Below, piece after piece: positions 48,883 through 60,058 of a DNA stretch of 64,000 nucleotides; the first letter of the stretch is position 1; every line of letters starts with the position of its first letter. The stretch spans positions 29,022-93,021 of the IMG/VR virus record IMGVR_UViG_3300037722_001025; one strand, written 5' to 3'. Position numbers and translations under genes: made by a program. The notes beneath the pieces were generated by a model. It was given only the letters and a program-made list of their open reading frames with translations. It did not search any database and was not told where the DNA came from. Origin of the DNA: a virus.

Positions 48883-51800
48883 GTGATGCTAATTTAAGAG
48901 TTGGAATTAACGGCACGGGTGCTGTTCAAGGCGCCCGTGTCGTAGTTCGTTCTATGAGAACTATTACTCAAGAGGCTTCCAATGCCATAGGGACTGTTGA
49001 TCGTCTCAGTAAAGCTATCTCTGGGTCAGGTTCGAATAGAGCAGGAATCAAAGCTGCTTCTCGTGGAATCCTTGACATTGCCTTCTCTTCTAAATCGGCT
49101 GTTACCCAAGTTCAGAGTCTTAAAGGACATCTGATGCAAATTGGTATGGCTGCTGTAGGTGTCTATGGTGTAGCTACTGCCATATATAAAATCAAAGAAT
49201 ATGCTATGGAGGTTATAAACTATCTAGCAAAGATAGAAACTGCCACTCTGGGCATTGCTGCATCTTTTTTAGTCAGTGGTTCATATGTTGATAAAATAAC
49301 CGGTAAAGTGCTACAAGGACAAGAAGCTTTGATGGTGTCTCAAAGAGCCTCTAAAGCTGTAATCGATCAATTGAGGGTTGCTAACTACCAAACTGCCGCG
49401 ACATTGGACGAGTTGATCTTTGCTTATGAGGTCACTCTTCCTGTTGCTATGGCTAATGGTTTTAATAAAAAGCAGGTAATGGATTTCACACTTGCAATGG
49501 TTCAGGCTGCAGGGTCCATAGGGCTTGCATATGATCAGATAGCAGAAGAAACTAGGTCCCTGCTTACGGGGAACGTCACCCGCAACTCCCGAATTGCCCA
49601 GATTCTACAGCTCAATAACAATAAAGAGTATTTGGACGCTGCAAAACAGGGCGGTAAAGTTCTTTTTGATTATCTTGATAAACGATTAGCAGGTTTCAAG
49701 CTTGCAGGTCTTGAAGTCATGAATACATGGCAAGGTATGTGGTCTAACTTCAAGGACACAGTTCAGCAAGGTGCCAGTTTTGGTTTTGAAGATCTGTTTG
49801 GAGATATCAAAACCCAAGTAATACAGGTTATGGACAGTATCAGAACTGTCGATCTTATAACTAAAGAAATTCATTGGAATCCTGAATTTCTTGGTGCTAT
49901 GCAGACTCTTGGTACCGCTATGACTGATTTTTTTGAATCTGTTATTGCTGGAATTAAGTGGCTGTATGAGTATGGCAAATACCTGAAAATACTTGTTGAA
50001 TTAATGATTATGTACAAGCTTGCTGTAATAGGTGGATCTATTGCCCAGCAAATTCTGACCCGTACTGTAACCGAAGAAATAGTTGTACAGGAAAACAAAA
50101 GAAAAGCTATTTGGCAAATAGTAGCTGCTAAAAAAGCTGAAAGGGAAGCCAATATAGCCACGACAACTGCTACCGTGGCAGACATTCAAGCAGATATAGC
50201 TTCTATTGAATCAAAACAAGCTCGAATAGCCATGCAACAAGAAGTTAATGTAATGGCTTTAAAGGAAGTAGAACAGAATCTTGCAATTGTGAATTCTAGG
50301 AAAGCTATGAATGCTGGTTTAGTAACTCAGGCTAGAGTTGCTCTTGGGATGCACACCCAAAGAAAAGCCCAGTTGCTGGAAGAATTAGCATTAGTAGAAA
50401 AACAAAATATCAGTATGAATCAACTTGGTAGAATTACAACTTTGAAATACAAAATAGCAGAGGTTACTAAGCTGCAAACCTACACTCAAAACAGGTACAA
50501 TCAAGCCATAGATCGGGAAAATGTTTTAAATCTTCGATCTGAGGCACTTTTAGCTCGACAAGCTTCCCTTAGGAGAACTAAGTCAAGTCTTGATAGGTTA
50601 TCAGCTTCCGCTACTTCTGCCATGACATCAGCAGAGGCAGCAAATACAGCAGCAATTGGTGCAAATACAGCGGCACTCAGGGCGAACCAGATTATGGTCA
50701 GAGCTTGGACAGCAGCAGTAAGTGCATCTAAAGCAGTACTGACTTTCTTTGGTGGATGGATAGGGCTTATCACTACTGCATTATTGCTCGGCTATCTTGC
50801 TTGGGAAAAATGGGGCAATGCCGCAGAAAAAGCTTTAAAACAAGCTGAGAAAGAGGCTAAGAGTTTTGGGCAACTAGGAGAAGAGTTAAAACTTCATAAT
50901 GAATATCTTGACTCTCTAAGCAGGGTTGAGGAAGCCAAGAAAAAAGGAGTAGAAGCTCCTGCCGAAGATAAGTTGAAGGTTGTACTGGGGGAAATGAATT
51001 ACCTAAAATATAATGAATCTATAAAAAAGGAAAAGGAACACCTTGCAGAGTATAATAGAATAAGAAAAGAATATATGGCAGCAGAAGAAAGTAACCACAA
51101 TGGTGATGCCCACAGGGCATTTCAGCACATGATGAGATTGAAAAAAATAATACAGGAAGGAATTTTAGATCGGGAAACAATGCTGTATGAATCTACTAAA
51201 TCTTACAATAGGGATAATGAAATTGAGTATATACCTAACCCTAAGAAAGATAGACAAGATACAATTGATAAGGCTTTGAGGTCTCAAACCAAAAGAGAAG
51301 ATGCTTGGTACCAATACAAGAAGTCTATGAATGAGCTGGAGATAGCTGGACACAAGAACATGATGAACACCTTGATTGCTCAAGAGGAGCAGAGGTATGA
51401 TCTGGGATATATTGGTGCATCCGAGTATTACGAAAAAATTAGGGACATCAGACAAAATGAGTTAGCCCTGAGGATTAAAGATAATAGGAAAAATTTAGAG
51501 GAAGCTGAAAACTCTGAGCTTTTGAAACTGGCAAAGACTGTACCTGCAGATGAACTTGGGGAAGCAGCTAATGCCCTCATAGTAAAACAGCTTACAGAAG
51601 TAAACAAGTTGAGGGCAGAAGGCAAAGAGCTTGTTATGGAAGCAGGTCTTATTGATGCCAGAACAGATAAAGATAAAGCCGTTGCATTGATGAAAGAACA
51701 GAAACAGTTTGAAGAACTTGTTGGTACAATGATTGAATTGAGGAGAATCCAAAGAAGTAAAGATATTGCTGGACACAATGAGCATATGGAGACTCTTCTG

Positions 51801-54800
51801 GACATCGAGAAGAAAAGGTATAAGACTGGTGAAATCACTGCCAAAACATATTATGATAACATCCTGAAGATTCAGCAGGATAACATTCAAGAACAAATCA
51901 ACATAACTAAAGCTAACTTGGCAGAAGCTCAAAAAGCACCTGCCTTAGTGAATGAAAACAGCACAAATAAATCAATGCAGGCTAGAATCAAAGCAATGGG
52001 AGTAGTTGAAAAACTTCAAAAGACTTTGATAGAGCTTGAAAAGGAACTAGGTGCAGTAGCAGCCAAGAACGGAGCTGATTCTGTTAAATCTTTAGGTGAT
52101 TCTTTAGCAGCTAGAACAGCTATGTTTGCGGCACTGCTCAGAGAATCACAGGCTCAAAATGAGTTGGAAATTGCTGGTCACAAACAAAAACTTCGGCAAG
52201 AACTGGAGTTAGAGAAATATAGGTACGACCAAGGTTTGATTGCTGCCAAAGAACATTTTCTTAATGTTAAAGCTTTACAACAGGCTGACCTCAAGCTTCA
52301 GATAGAAGCCATTAAGAAAACTTTGAATACTGCTACTGTAGATAAAGATCGGTTGCTTAAGGAAGACAGTACAGATCCGAAAACTATTGAAAAGCAGTCT
52401 AAGGCTAGAACCAAGGTCATAGAGTTGCAGACCAAATTGAATGAACTTATGGCAGAATATGAGCGGGTAGGAGTTTCTGCCACAGTCAGCATTGCTAAAA
52501 GTTTTGAAGATTTAAATAGGGAATATGAAGGTATTTATAGTGAATTAATAAGACTTTCTGGTGATTATGTAACGGAAATTGATTTAGAAGTTAACTCGGA
52601 AGCCGCTTTGGACCAAATTCAAAAGCTTCAAGTTGAACTCGTCTCAGCATACATAGCTGGAGAAGCTCTCCGTGCTTCTGCGGCTCGTACCGCACTAGAT
52701 CATATTGAAGCAATACAAGCATTTAAAATGAATATGGCGCCTGCTCAAGTGGAACTTGATACTAAGCTTGATGAGGCTGATATTCTTGGTTCCTATAGAA
52801 GAGAGCAAGCTATCCTTGATGCTAACTTCAAATTCAAAAAGAAACTCATTATAGAAGAAATAAAACTTAGGAAAGCTGCTGGTCAAGATTTCTCAGACCT
52901 TAGTAAAAAACAAGCTCTTCTAGGAGAAAAATATCAGAGGGAGAGTTTAAATAATACTCTGAATGAGGTATCAGCTTATGCAAGCATGGCTGGAGAATTG
53001 TTCACCCAATTAGCTTCTACACAAGACCAAACTAGCAAAAGTGGATTTGAATCAGCCAAGGCCTTCAATATTGCTGCTACAATAATGAATACTGCTGCCG
53101 CTGTTATGGCTCAACTCACTATTCCAGGTCCTATAGGGTGGGCTGCCGCTGCTTTGGCTGCCGCAACTGGGGTCATCCAACTTGCCAATATTATGTCCAC
53201 TAGTTTTGGTGGTGGTGGGAGAATAAGTCAACCTGGTAACTTCTCAGCAGGTGGTGGAGGAGGAACTGGTACCGTTCTTGGTGATAGCACTAAAGTAACT
53301 GAATCAATGGGTAACAGTAATGATTTGTTGGAAGAAATCCACGCTGAAGAATACCGAGAGTTACAGAAAATAGCTGATGGTATCAGCAATCTAAATCGGC
53401 TATTTAAAGGTATGGCATCTTCTCTTGTTCGTGCTTTTGGTGGATTCACTTCAGAGGATATGGGAATAAAAGAGTTTTCGAAAGACTCCTTGTTTACAAA
53501 TCTTGGAGAATCTGTATCTGGATTATTCTTTGACACCAAAGACATTGTTCATGATTTATTCACAGGTATCTTTGGAGATACTATAGGAAGTATTTTGAGT
53601 TTACCTTTTGATTTTATCTTAGGAGGCAGTGGGTGGCTTAGTGATAAAATAGGAGATTTAGGAAACTCTATCTTTGGTGGCAAAGTCTCTAAAAAAATGA
53701 TTGATTCTGGTATTGACTTTGGTACCATCTCTGGTTATGACATGTACAGAGGTGATACTGACATTCAGTCTTATGCTCACATCAAAGAAAAGAAAGATGG
53801 TGGATTGTTTGGTTCCGATAAAAAGAAATACTGGTATGAATATCAGGATTTAGACGACAGCACAGCCGCTTTGTTTGATAAGGCATTCAGCAATTTTGGT
53901 GATATTTTGATGGGTTTAGCTACTAGTCTGGGTACAAATACTCAGAAAATCCTCAATTATCAAATGGAAATAGGAAAGGTAAGTTTACAAGGTTTAACTG
54001 GAGAAGAGATATCTAAAAAGATTTCTGAGGTCTTTTCTTATGCTGGGGATAAAGCTGTTGAGGATTTGTTCGGGGATATTTTGAGGGAGTATCAAGAAAT
54101 AAATGAAGGTCTTCTAGAAACTGCTGTTAGAATAGCAGCTACTAAGGAAGTAGTTGTAGCCACTTTAAATGCTACAGGAATAGCAATGGGTAGTCTTGCT
54201 AACCTGACTGCCGAAAAGTGGATTGAAATATCTCAGAATATTACAACCTTTGCAGGAGGTTTAGATAAATTCCAAGAGAGTGCTTCCACTTATTATAATG
54301 CTTTCTTTACTGAGGAGGAGAAACAAAGGGACCTGCAAAATGGGTTGAAGAAATCTCTAGCTGGTATGAATATGATTCTACCTAGTACTAGGGAAGGTTT
54401 CAGAAAGCTTGTAGAATCGATAAACATTCTTACCGAATCGGGTCAAAGTCGGTATGTGCAAATGTTGGAACTTGCTGAGGCAGCAGATCAGTATTATTCT
54501 ACATTGGAGGAAGCTACTACTTCCTATAAAGATATGATTCTGGAAGCCATTGATGTTCAGATAGCGGCAACTCAGGCTCTTAAAGATATTCAACAAGGTA
54601 GTTTGTCCACATTATCCCCAGAACAAAAATATAATCAATTAAAGGACGAGTTTGATTCTCAGAGAGGAAAAGCTCTTTCTGGAGACACTTTAGCCCAACA
54701 AAACATTGTAGAAATGGCTAAAGAGTTTTTAGGGGTTTCACAATCCTTCTACGGTAGTAGTGGTGGATATGTATCTGATTACAATGATGTTACGGCAGTG

Positions 54801-55262
54801 CTTGCTAAGATATCAGGAATGCCTACCCAAGCAGCTACTCAACTGGATCTTTTGCAACTCCAGATTGATAGACTTGTAGAAATACGGGACGCCATTGAAG
54901 AGAATCTCGGAGATGATTATGCTTCAGAAGCTGGAGCACTTGCTTGGATTAAATTCATTAGGGAGAATTTGTACACCAATCCTACAACTGTCATGTACTC
55001 TATTGATAACACCATGCAAAGTTACGCTGTAGGTACTCCTTATGTGGACAGAGATATGCAAGCAAATATTCATGAGGGGGAAATGATAATTGATAGAGCC
55101 TCCGCAGAAGTGTTTCGAAAGTATGGAATAAGTGTAGAAGGCAAAACTTCTGATAATAGAGGTGTAGAGGATCGCCTTGATAAGGTTGTAAACAAACTCG
55201 GGGAAGTTGAACGGAGACTATCTAGCATTGACGCTAAAGCGAGATTGGCAGCTAACTCATGA
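48879..55262 (+). CDS. Tape measure protein
   Basis: 2127 aa, Ala-rich coiled coil, GGWIGL hydrophobic segments, C-terminal YAVGTPYV..DM.ANIHEGEMI. Confidence 0.92.
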   Translation: MSDANLRVGINGTGAVQGARVVVRSMRTITQEASNAIGTVDRLSKAISGSGSNRAGIKAASRGILDIAFSSKSAVTQVQSLKGHLMQIGMAAVGVYGVATAIYKIKEYAMEVINYLAKIETATLGIAASFLVSGSYVDKITGKVLQGQEALMVSQRASKAVIDQLRVANYQTAATLDELIFAYEVTLPVAMANGFNKKQVMDFTLAMVQAAGSIGLAYDQIAEETRSLLTGNVTRNSRIAQILQLNNNKEYLDAAKQGGKVLFDYLDKRLAGFKLAGLEVMNTWQGMWSNFKDTVQQGASFGFEDLFGDIKTQVIQVMDSIRTVDLITKEIHWNPEFLGAMQTLGTAMTDFFESVIAGIKWLYEYGKYLKILVELMIMYKLAVIGGSIAQQILTRTVTEEIVVQENKRKAIWQIVAAKKAEREANIATTTATVADIQADIASIESKQARIAMQQEVNVMALKEVEQNLAIVNSRKAMNAGLVTQARVALGMHTQRKAQLLEELALVEKQNISMNQLGRITTLKYKIAEVTKLQTYTQNRYNQAIDRENVLNLRSEALLARQASLRRTKSSLDRLSASATSAMTSAEAANTAAIGANTAALRANQIMVRAWTAAVSASKAVLTFFGGWIGLITTALLLGYLAWEKWGNAAEKALKQAEKEAKSFGQLGEELKLHNEYLDSLSRVEEAKKKGVEAPAEDKLKVVLGEMNYLKYNESIKKEKEHLAEYNRIRKEYMAAEESNHNGDAHRAFQHMMRLKKIIQEGILDRETMLYESTKSYNRDNEIEYIPNPKKDRQDTIDKALRSQTKREDAWYQYKKSMNELEIAGHKNMMNTLIAQEEQRYDLGYIGASEYYEKIRDIRQNELALRIKDNRKNLEEAENSELLKLAKTVPADELGEAANALIVKQLTEVNKLRAEGKELVMEAGLIDARTDKDKAVALMKEQKQFEELVGTMIELRRIQRSKDIAGHNEHMETLLDIEKKRYKTGEITAKTYYDNILKIQQDNIQEQINITKANLAEAQKAPALVNENSTNKSMQARIKAMGVVEKLQKTLIELEKELGAVAAKNGADSVKSLGDSLAARTAMFAALLRESQAQNELEIAGHKQKLRQELELEKYRYDQGLIAAKEHFLNVKALQQADLKLQIEAIKKTLNTATVDKDRLLKEDSTDPKTIEKQSKARTKVIELQTKLNELMAEYERVGVSATVSIAKSFEDLNREYEGIYSELIRLSGDYVTEIDLEVNSEAALDQIQKLQVELVSAYIAGEALRASAARTALDHIEAIQAFKMNMAPAQVELDTKLDEADILGSYRREQAILDANFKFKKKLIIEEIKLRKAAGQDFSDLSKKQALLGEKYQRESLNNTLNEVSAYASMAGELFTQLASTQDQTSKSGFESAKAFNIAATIMNTAAAVMAQLTIPGPIGWAAAALAAATGVIQLANIMSTSFGGGGRISQPGNFSAGGGGGTGTVLGDSTKVTESMGNSNDLLEEIHAEEYRELQKIADGISNLNRLFKGMASSLVRAFGGFTSEDMGIKEFSKDSLFTNLGESVSGLFFDTKDIVHDLFTGIFGDTIGSILSLPFDFILGGSGWLSDKIGDLGNSIFGGKVSKKMIDSGIDFGTISGYDMYRGDTDIQSYAHIKEKKDGGLFGSDKKKYWYEYQDLDDSTAALFDKAFSNFGDILMGLATSLGTNTQKILNYQMEIGKVSLQGLTGEEISKKISEVFSYAGDKAVEDLFGDILREYQEINEGLLETAVRIAATKEVVVATLNATGIAMGSLANLTAEKWIEISQNITTFAGGLDKFQESASTYYNAFFTEEEKQRDLQNGLKKSLAGMNMILPSTREGFRKLVESINILTESGQSRYVQMLELAEAADQYYSTLEEATTSYKDMILEAIDVQIAATQALKDIQQGSLSTLSPEQKYNQLKDEFDSQRGKALSGDTLAQQNIVEMAKEFLGVSQSFYGSSGGYVSDYNDVTAVLAKISGMPTQAATQLDLLQLQIDRLVEIRDAIEENLGDDYASEAGALAWIKFIRENLYTNPTTVMYSIDNTMQSYAVGTPYVDRDMQANIHEGEMIIDRASAEVFRKYGISVEGKTSDNRGVEDRLDKVVNKLGEVERRLSSIDAKARLAANS

Positions 55263-56923
55263 AATTCTACCAATATCTATTAGAGATTGATGCTTACTCC
55301 GAAACTACACCTACTATAGTAGATGGTGGAGGAGCTTCTATGACCTCTACCGATGTAGTAGATGGTGGGGGAGCTTCTGTAATCCCTACTGAAGTTTTAG
55401 ATGGTCAAGGAATAGTTTCTGGTATTACTACATTCAAGTTATGTGGCAACCCTACATTCGGGGATGGTTGGATTTCCTGTATTGAGAATCCAGGACTTGT
55501 TCGATCTGAGATGTTTGATGGGAATAAAACTTTTGGGGTTTCCAAATACAGTTACGGTGAGATTGTTTTAAACAATAGGGCAGATGAGGCTAATGGTATT
55601 ATTCAAGGCCCATTAGATCATTTCAGGGATTACAACTTTGATGGGAGAGAAGTTCGTTTATATCAAGGTGAGCCTGGAATGGCTTATGAGGATTTTACCT
55701 TGATATACAATGTAACCATTGATCATATATCATTCGATTGGGAGCAGATTACCTTAACTTTGCGTTCTCGACAAGCAGAGTTAGACATCGATCTTGATGG
55801 TGGAACTTTCTTGGGTAATAATGCTCTACCATTAGGAGTAGAAGGTATTGAATCTGATTTAAAAGGTAAACCTAAACCTATACTCATAGGTAGGGTATTC
55901 AATGCCAGCCCGATACTTTGTAATACCAGTAAACTGATTTATGCAGTTTCTCCTGCAACTGGTGTTGATTGTACCTATATGGGTTCTGAATTCAAAGTGT
56001 ATGATAAAGGGATACCACTAACATATTTTGGCACTTATTCAAGTCAATCAGATATGGAACAGAATGCCCCTCCACCTGGTCATTATATGGTGTGGGAAGA
56101 TGGTGGTTATTTCCGAGTAGGTTCCTCACCAGCAGGCAACATAACGTTTGATGGGGCTTCTCGAAATAGGGCAGTCACAGGAAAAGTTGCTAACCTAATA
56201 AAAGATGTATTGACTTTGGCGGGCTTTATAGACATGATAGACACTGTTAGCTCAGATCAATTAGCATCCGTTGCACCATATGAAGCAGGTGTTTACATAA
56301 CGAATAAACAAAGCGTTTCGAATGTGATTGACATGCTGTGTAGCGCGAACGGTGCTTATTGGTACTTCAACATCAATCGCAAGATGATAGTTGCTCAGTT
56401 CACTGATCCTGCTGATGCGGTAGCTGTTGATTATGCTTTCGATTCAGATGACATAGTGGAAAAATTCAAGAGGGAAAAGATCAAAGATACCCAGGGAGGG
56501 ATTCCGATACATACTCTCCAATTGAATTACGCTCAGAATTATACTATTCAAACTGATCCTGCTGGAAGTACTGCCCCTGGAAGAAGAGCCTGGTTGAAAG
56601 AAAAATGGAGAACTATGGAAGTCAAGGATTCTTCCATAAAGACCAAACATCCAGTAGCATCTGTACTCACCATTGATACTACAATGACCAGAAGGGATGG
56701 AGCAGAAGCAATTCGAAGATTTGACTTGTATTCAGTTGATCGGGATTTGATATCTTACGATACACCGTTAGAAACATTCGGAAATGCGAGTGCTTTGAGA
56801 CCTGGTCTTTGTTTCAGTATTGATTTCAATTCCAGATTTGGATTTGCTCAAAAGAAAATGATCTTAGTAGGACACACTGTAAACCATGCTACTGAGGAAG
56901 TTTCTTTAACCTTATGGGGTTGA
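55259..56923 (+). CDS. Tail tip / hub protein
   Basis: Follows tape measure; DLKGKPKPILIGRVFNASP; N-terminal VDGGGAS repeats. Confidence 0.65.
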   Translation: MKFYQYLLEIDAYSETTPTIVDGGGASMTSTDVVDGGGASVIPTEVLDGQGIVSGITTFKLCGNPTFGDGWISCIENPGLVRSEMFDGNKTFGVSKYSYGEIVLNNRADEANGIIQGPLDHFRDYNFDGREVRLYQGEPGMAYEDFTLIYNVTIDHISFDWEQITLTLRSRQAELDIDLDGGTFLGNNALPLGVEGIESDLKGKPKPILIGRVFNASPILCNTSKLIYAVSPATGVDCTYMGSEFKVYDKGIPLTYFGTYSSQSDMEQNAPPPGHYMVWEDGGYFRVGSSPAGNITFDGASRNRAVTGKVANLIKDVLTLAGFIDMIDTVSSDQLASVAPYEAGVYITNKQSVSNVIDMLCSANGAYWYFNINRKMIVAQFTDPADAVAVDYAFDSDDIVEKFKREKIKDTQGGIPIHTLQLNYAQNYTIQTDPAGSTAPGRRAWLKEKWRTMEVKDSSIKTKHPVASVLTIDTTMTRRDGAEAIRRFDLYSVDRDLISYDTPLETFGNASALRPGLCFSIDFNSRFGFAQKKMILVGHTVNHATEEVSLTLWG

Positions 56924-56924
56924 A

Positions 56925-59837
56925 ATGCAAATAGTCCGATTAAAATCAGATGGTTTAGTTACCCATTTTGGTTATACTGACTTGACCCCTACAGAAGAAG
57001 CTAACTTGGGCTCAGGGTGGTGCGATCAAAGAATTTCACCAGCTACAGCGGAAGTTGTAGCTCTTATTGATATAACTTATCTGCCTGATGGTTTTGTACC
57101 AGACTGTTGGCGTTATGTAAACGGTGTATGGATTGTTGTTCCTGGAAAAGAAGCTGAGATAGAAGCTAGAACCAATCTGATTAATGCTTTATCTGTGGGT
57201 ACACCTACTAATTTAGCTGTCATAATCAGTAGTGGTTTCACTGGTCCTGCTTACTATGTCGATCTTTTTGCTACACTCACTTGGCAACATCTTGGAGCCA
57301 TTGTTAAATATTATGAAGTTGGATATCGATTAGCCAGCACTGATAACTGGTCATCTATTCCACCTGTCTATGATCCTGTGGGAGTTATTCATGGATTAGG
57401 AGCTGGACAATATTATTTCCGAGTCAGAGCTATTAGTGTTGAAGGAGTGACTGGAGAATGGGGAATTCTTGGACCTGTTCTTGTTTTCGCTCCTGATCCT
57501 TCTTTGATCGTTCCTACTCCTACAGGATTAGAATTGTGGGGTCAAGGAAATGATTACACATTTGTAGGAAGAGATCCTAGATTTAGATGGAATCAAAGCA
57601 CCAATCTTTATAGTCCCGATCTGGAAGAAGCAGGAAATCCCACTGAATGGCATAAGAATTATAAGGTGCGTATTCTCAATCTTGATGGCACCTTGAGGCG
57701 GGAATTCTATGCTGACATTCCCGAATTCACTTATTCCTATGAGCAAAACACCATAGATGGTAACGGTACTCCAGCACGAGGATTTGAAGTTCTTGTGTGG
57801 GATCGACTTGTTTCTGGTGCTATATCTGAATATCCTGCAAGAATTACTGTATCAAATCCACAAGTAATTGCTTTAGCTAATGTAGTTACTCGTACATTCT
57901 TTGGTGGTTTTGAAATAACATTTGATATACCGTCAGATTTAGATGTTGCTGGGATAAAAGTTTGGGGGGATGCTTTAGGCACTATTATTAAAGGTGTTCA
58001 AAACACCGTTGTGGTAAATTGTGAGAGTGGTTTATATGAAGGATCTATAGCTGCTTTCGACTCTTTTGGTCAAGATAATCTTTCTCCCACTAGTTTTTCT
58101 GTTCAAGTTTCAAATGAAGTTTCTATTACAGATATTACTGATTGGGCAGAAAGGGTAACAGAATATTTTATGGTTCCAGCTCCTATAGGAGATATTTGGA
58201 CTAATAATCAAACAACCGGTTATGTGTCTTGGAATGAGCATTACTTATATTTTGGAGGGATAAAGAATACGATTGCTGCAGGGTCTTCGAATTCTCCTTA
58301 TATTTATTGGGATTCTGCAAATCCTTCAGTGTACCTTTCTACAAGTAATCTTACTGCTTTTAAAGCCATGACAAAATCTGCTACACAATGGCAGATTGGT
58401 TATAATGATAATGGAGTTTTCTCGAAAGCTTGGAATGCCTTTGCAAATGCAGTTGTAGGATCTGCTTGGATTCGAGAATTAGAAGCCGAGAAAATATTGG
58501 CAGGTATAATGCAAGGCCATACTTTAATGTCTCTCAATTGGGGATCAGCAGCAGGTGTAAAAATTGATTTGGATGCCTCTGAGGCTTATTTTGGTGGCCA
58601 AGATAACCCTGCATTATCTTTCACTCAAGCGGAAGGTCTTAAATTACGAAGTCCTCTTATAGTATCTCCTTCAGGAACTGAATTTCCAGTACCCTCTTAT
58701 AGAGGAACTTACAGTGATGTTGCAACATATTATAGAGGTGATGTAGTTGCTTATGGTGGGGGTTCATGGATGTATGTTTCAGCTACCCCAGCATCAGGTC
58801 AAATACCCTCAGATAATGCTTATTGGGATCCTTATGCTCAAGTAGGCACACCAGGTCCTGCTGGCACTGATGGTACCGATGGTACAAATGGTACTGATGG
58901 AGAAGACGGTGCTCCAGGTTCCCCAGGTGTTCCGGGAGAAGATGGAGCTACTGGACCTGGATTATTGTTTAGGGGTAATTGGACTTCTGGTGTACCTTAT
59001 TATCGAAACTTAACAAGAAGAGATGTAGTTAAAAGTGTTCAAGGTAATTATTTTGCTTGTTTGTTGGATAATGTTAATCAAACTCCACCAACTACAGCAA
59101 GCAGTAATATTTACTGGGAGTTTATGAATCAGTTTGCGTCAATAGCCACGGACATTTTGTTAGCCAATGATGTTGTAATTACAAGAACTTTGACTCTGGG
59201 TGCCCCATCTTCTCCTTGTCTCATTAAGTCTTATAATTATGTTCCAGGCAGTGTGGGCTGGGGATTGAATCATGATGGGGTTGCTGATCTTGCTGGAGCC
59301 AGTATAAGGGGGACATTAACTGGAAATACATTACAAACTGCCGCTTCAGGAAAACGATTTGTAGTTAGTGCTTCTACTGGAGAAGCTAGATTTTATGATG
59401 ACCGAGGAGATGGTGTTATTGATGAAATGGCGTCAATTGGCATCAAACTTGTAGGGTCTGATTGGGTAGTAGGTAGTTTTGGGTCTGGTTACACTAATTT
59501 CACAGGTGTATACGGTCGATCTAAAACATCAAAAGGTGTTGTAGGTTTATCAGATTCAAATGTTGCCGTATATGGGTCTTCTACAAGTTGGTATGGTATT
59601 TATGGGCTTTCTGCTTTATCGACAGGAGTAAGAGGTCATAGTGCTACAAGTATTGGAGGAGAGTTTTCGGGTCTTCAGGGCGCTATAAGGTTGATTGCTC
59701 CTGGTAATACACCACCCACCCACACTGCTTGGGGTGGATCTGTAGTTCTGCTTGCTGATGGAAGACTTTATGTTAATAACTCTAGAGATGGTTTCAATAA
59801 TCAAATTCAAGGAAGCAGTTGGAGACTTATTAGTTAA
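56925..59837 (+). CDS. Tail fibre / host-specificity protein (FN3, collagen-like GXY, carbohydrate-binding-like repeats)
   Basis: YYFRVRAIS..G..GEW FN3; GTDGTDGTNGTDGEDG collagen; YRGTY....YYRGDVV.Y.G repeats. Confidence 0.75.
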   Translation: MQIVRLKSDGLVTHFGYTDLTPTEEANLGSGWCDQRISPATAEVVALIDITYLPDGFVPDCWRYVNGVWIVVPGKEAEIEARTNLINALSVGTPTNLAVIISSGFTGPAYYVDLFATLTWQHLGAIVKYYEVGYRLASTDNWSSIPPVYDPVGVIHGLGAGQYYFRVRAISVEGVTGEWGILGPVLVFAPDPSLIVPTPTGLELWGQGNDYTFVGRDPRFRWNQSTNLYSPDLEEAGNPTEWHKNYKVRILNLDGTLRREFYADIPEFTYSYEQNTIDGNGTPARGFEVLVWDRLVSGAISEYPARITVSNPQVIALANVVTRTFFGGFEITFDIPSDLDVAGIKVWGDALGTIIKGVQNTVVVNCESGLYEGSIAAFDSFGQDNLSPTSFSVQVSNEVSITDITDWAERVTEYFMVPAPIGDIWTNNQTTGYVSWNEHYLYFGGIKNTIAAGSSNSPYIYWDSANPSVYLSTSNLTAFKAMTKSATQWQIGYNDNGVFSKAWNAFANAVVGSAWIRELEAEKILAGIMQGHTLMSLNWGSAAGVKIDLDASEAYFGGQDNPALSFTQAEGLKLRSPLIVSPSGTEFPVPSYRGTYSDVATYYRGDVVAYGGGSWMYVSATPASGQIPSDNAYWDPYAQVGTPGPAGTDGTDGTNGTDGEDGAPGSPGVPGEDGATGPGLLFRGNWTSGVPYYRNLTRRDVVKSVQGNYFACLLDNVNQTPPTTASSNIYWEFMNQFASIATDILLANDVVITRTLTLGAPSSPCLIKSYNYVPGSVGWGLNHDGVADLAGASIRGTLTGNTLQTAASGKRFVVSASTGEARFYDDRGDGVIDEMASIGIKLVGSDWVVGSFGSGYTNFTGVYGRSKTSKGVVGLSDSNVAVYGSSTSWYGIYGLSALSTGVRGHSATSIGGEFSGLQGAIRLIAPGNTPPTHTAWGGSVVLLADGRLYVNNSRDGFNNQIQGSSWRLIS

Positions 59838-59865
59838 TTTCAATTCCTAAGAAAGAGGTGTAATC

Positions 59866-60033
59866 ATGACTGACAGAGAATTGGTTCAACAAACACTTTT
59901 GCTAGAACTTTGTTTTGAAAGAAATCAGGAAATTATGCAAATGAGAAGTAACCTCAAACAACTTCAGGAACTAGTCACTAAACAAGATCAAGAACTTAGG
60001 GAACTCAAAGCTGAAAAGAAAGAGGATAAATAA
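59866..60033 (+). CDS. 55-aa coiled-coil protein
   Basis: GAGGTG RBS; MTDRELVQQ...; below the ORF-track cutoff. Confidence 0.5.
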   Translation: MTDRELVQQTLLLELCFERNQEIMQMRSNLKQLQELVTKQDQELRELKAEKKEDK

Positions 60034-60058
60034 AGTTTGGTTTTCTAAGGAGATCACT

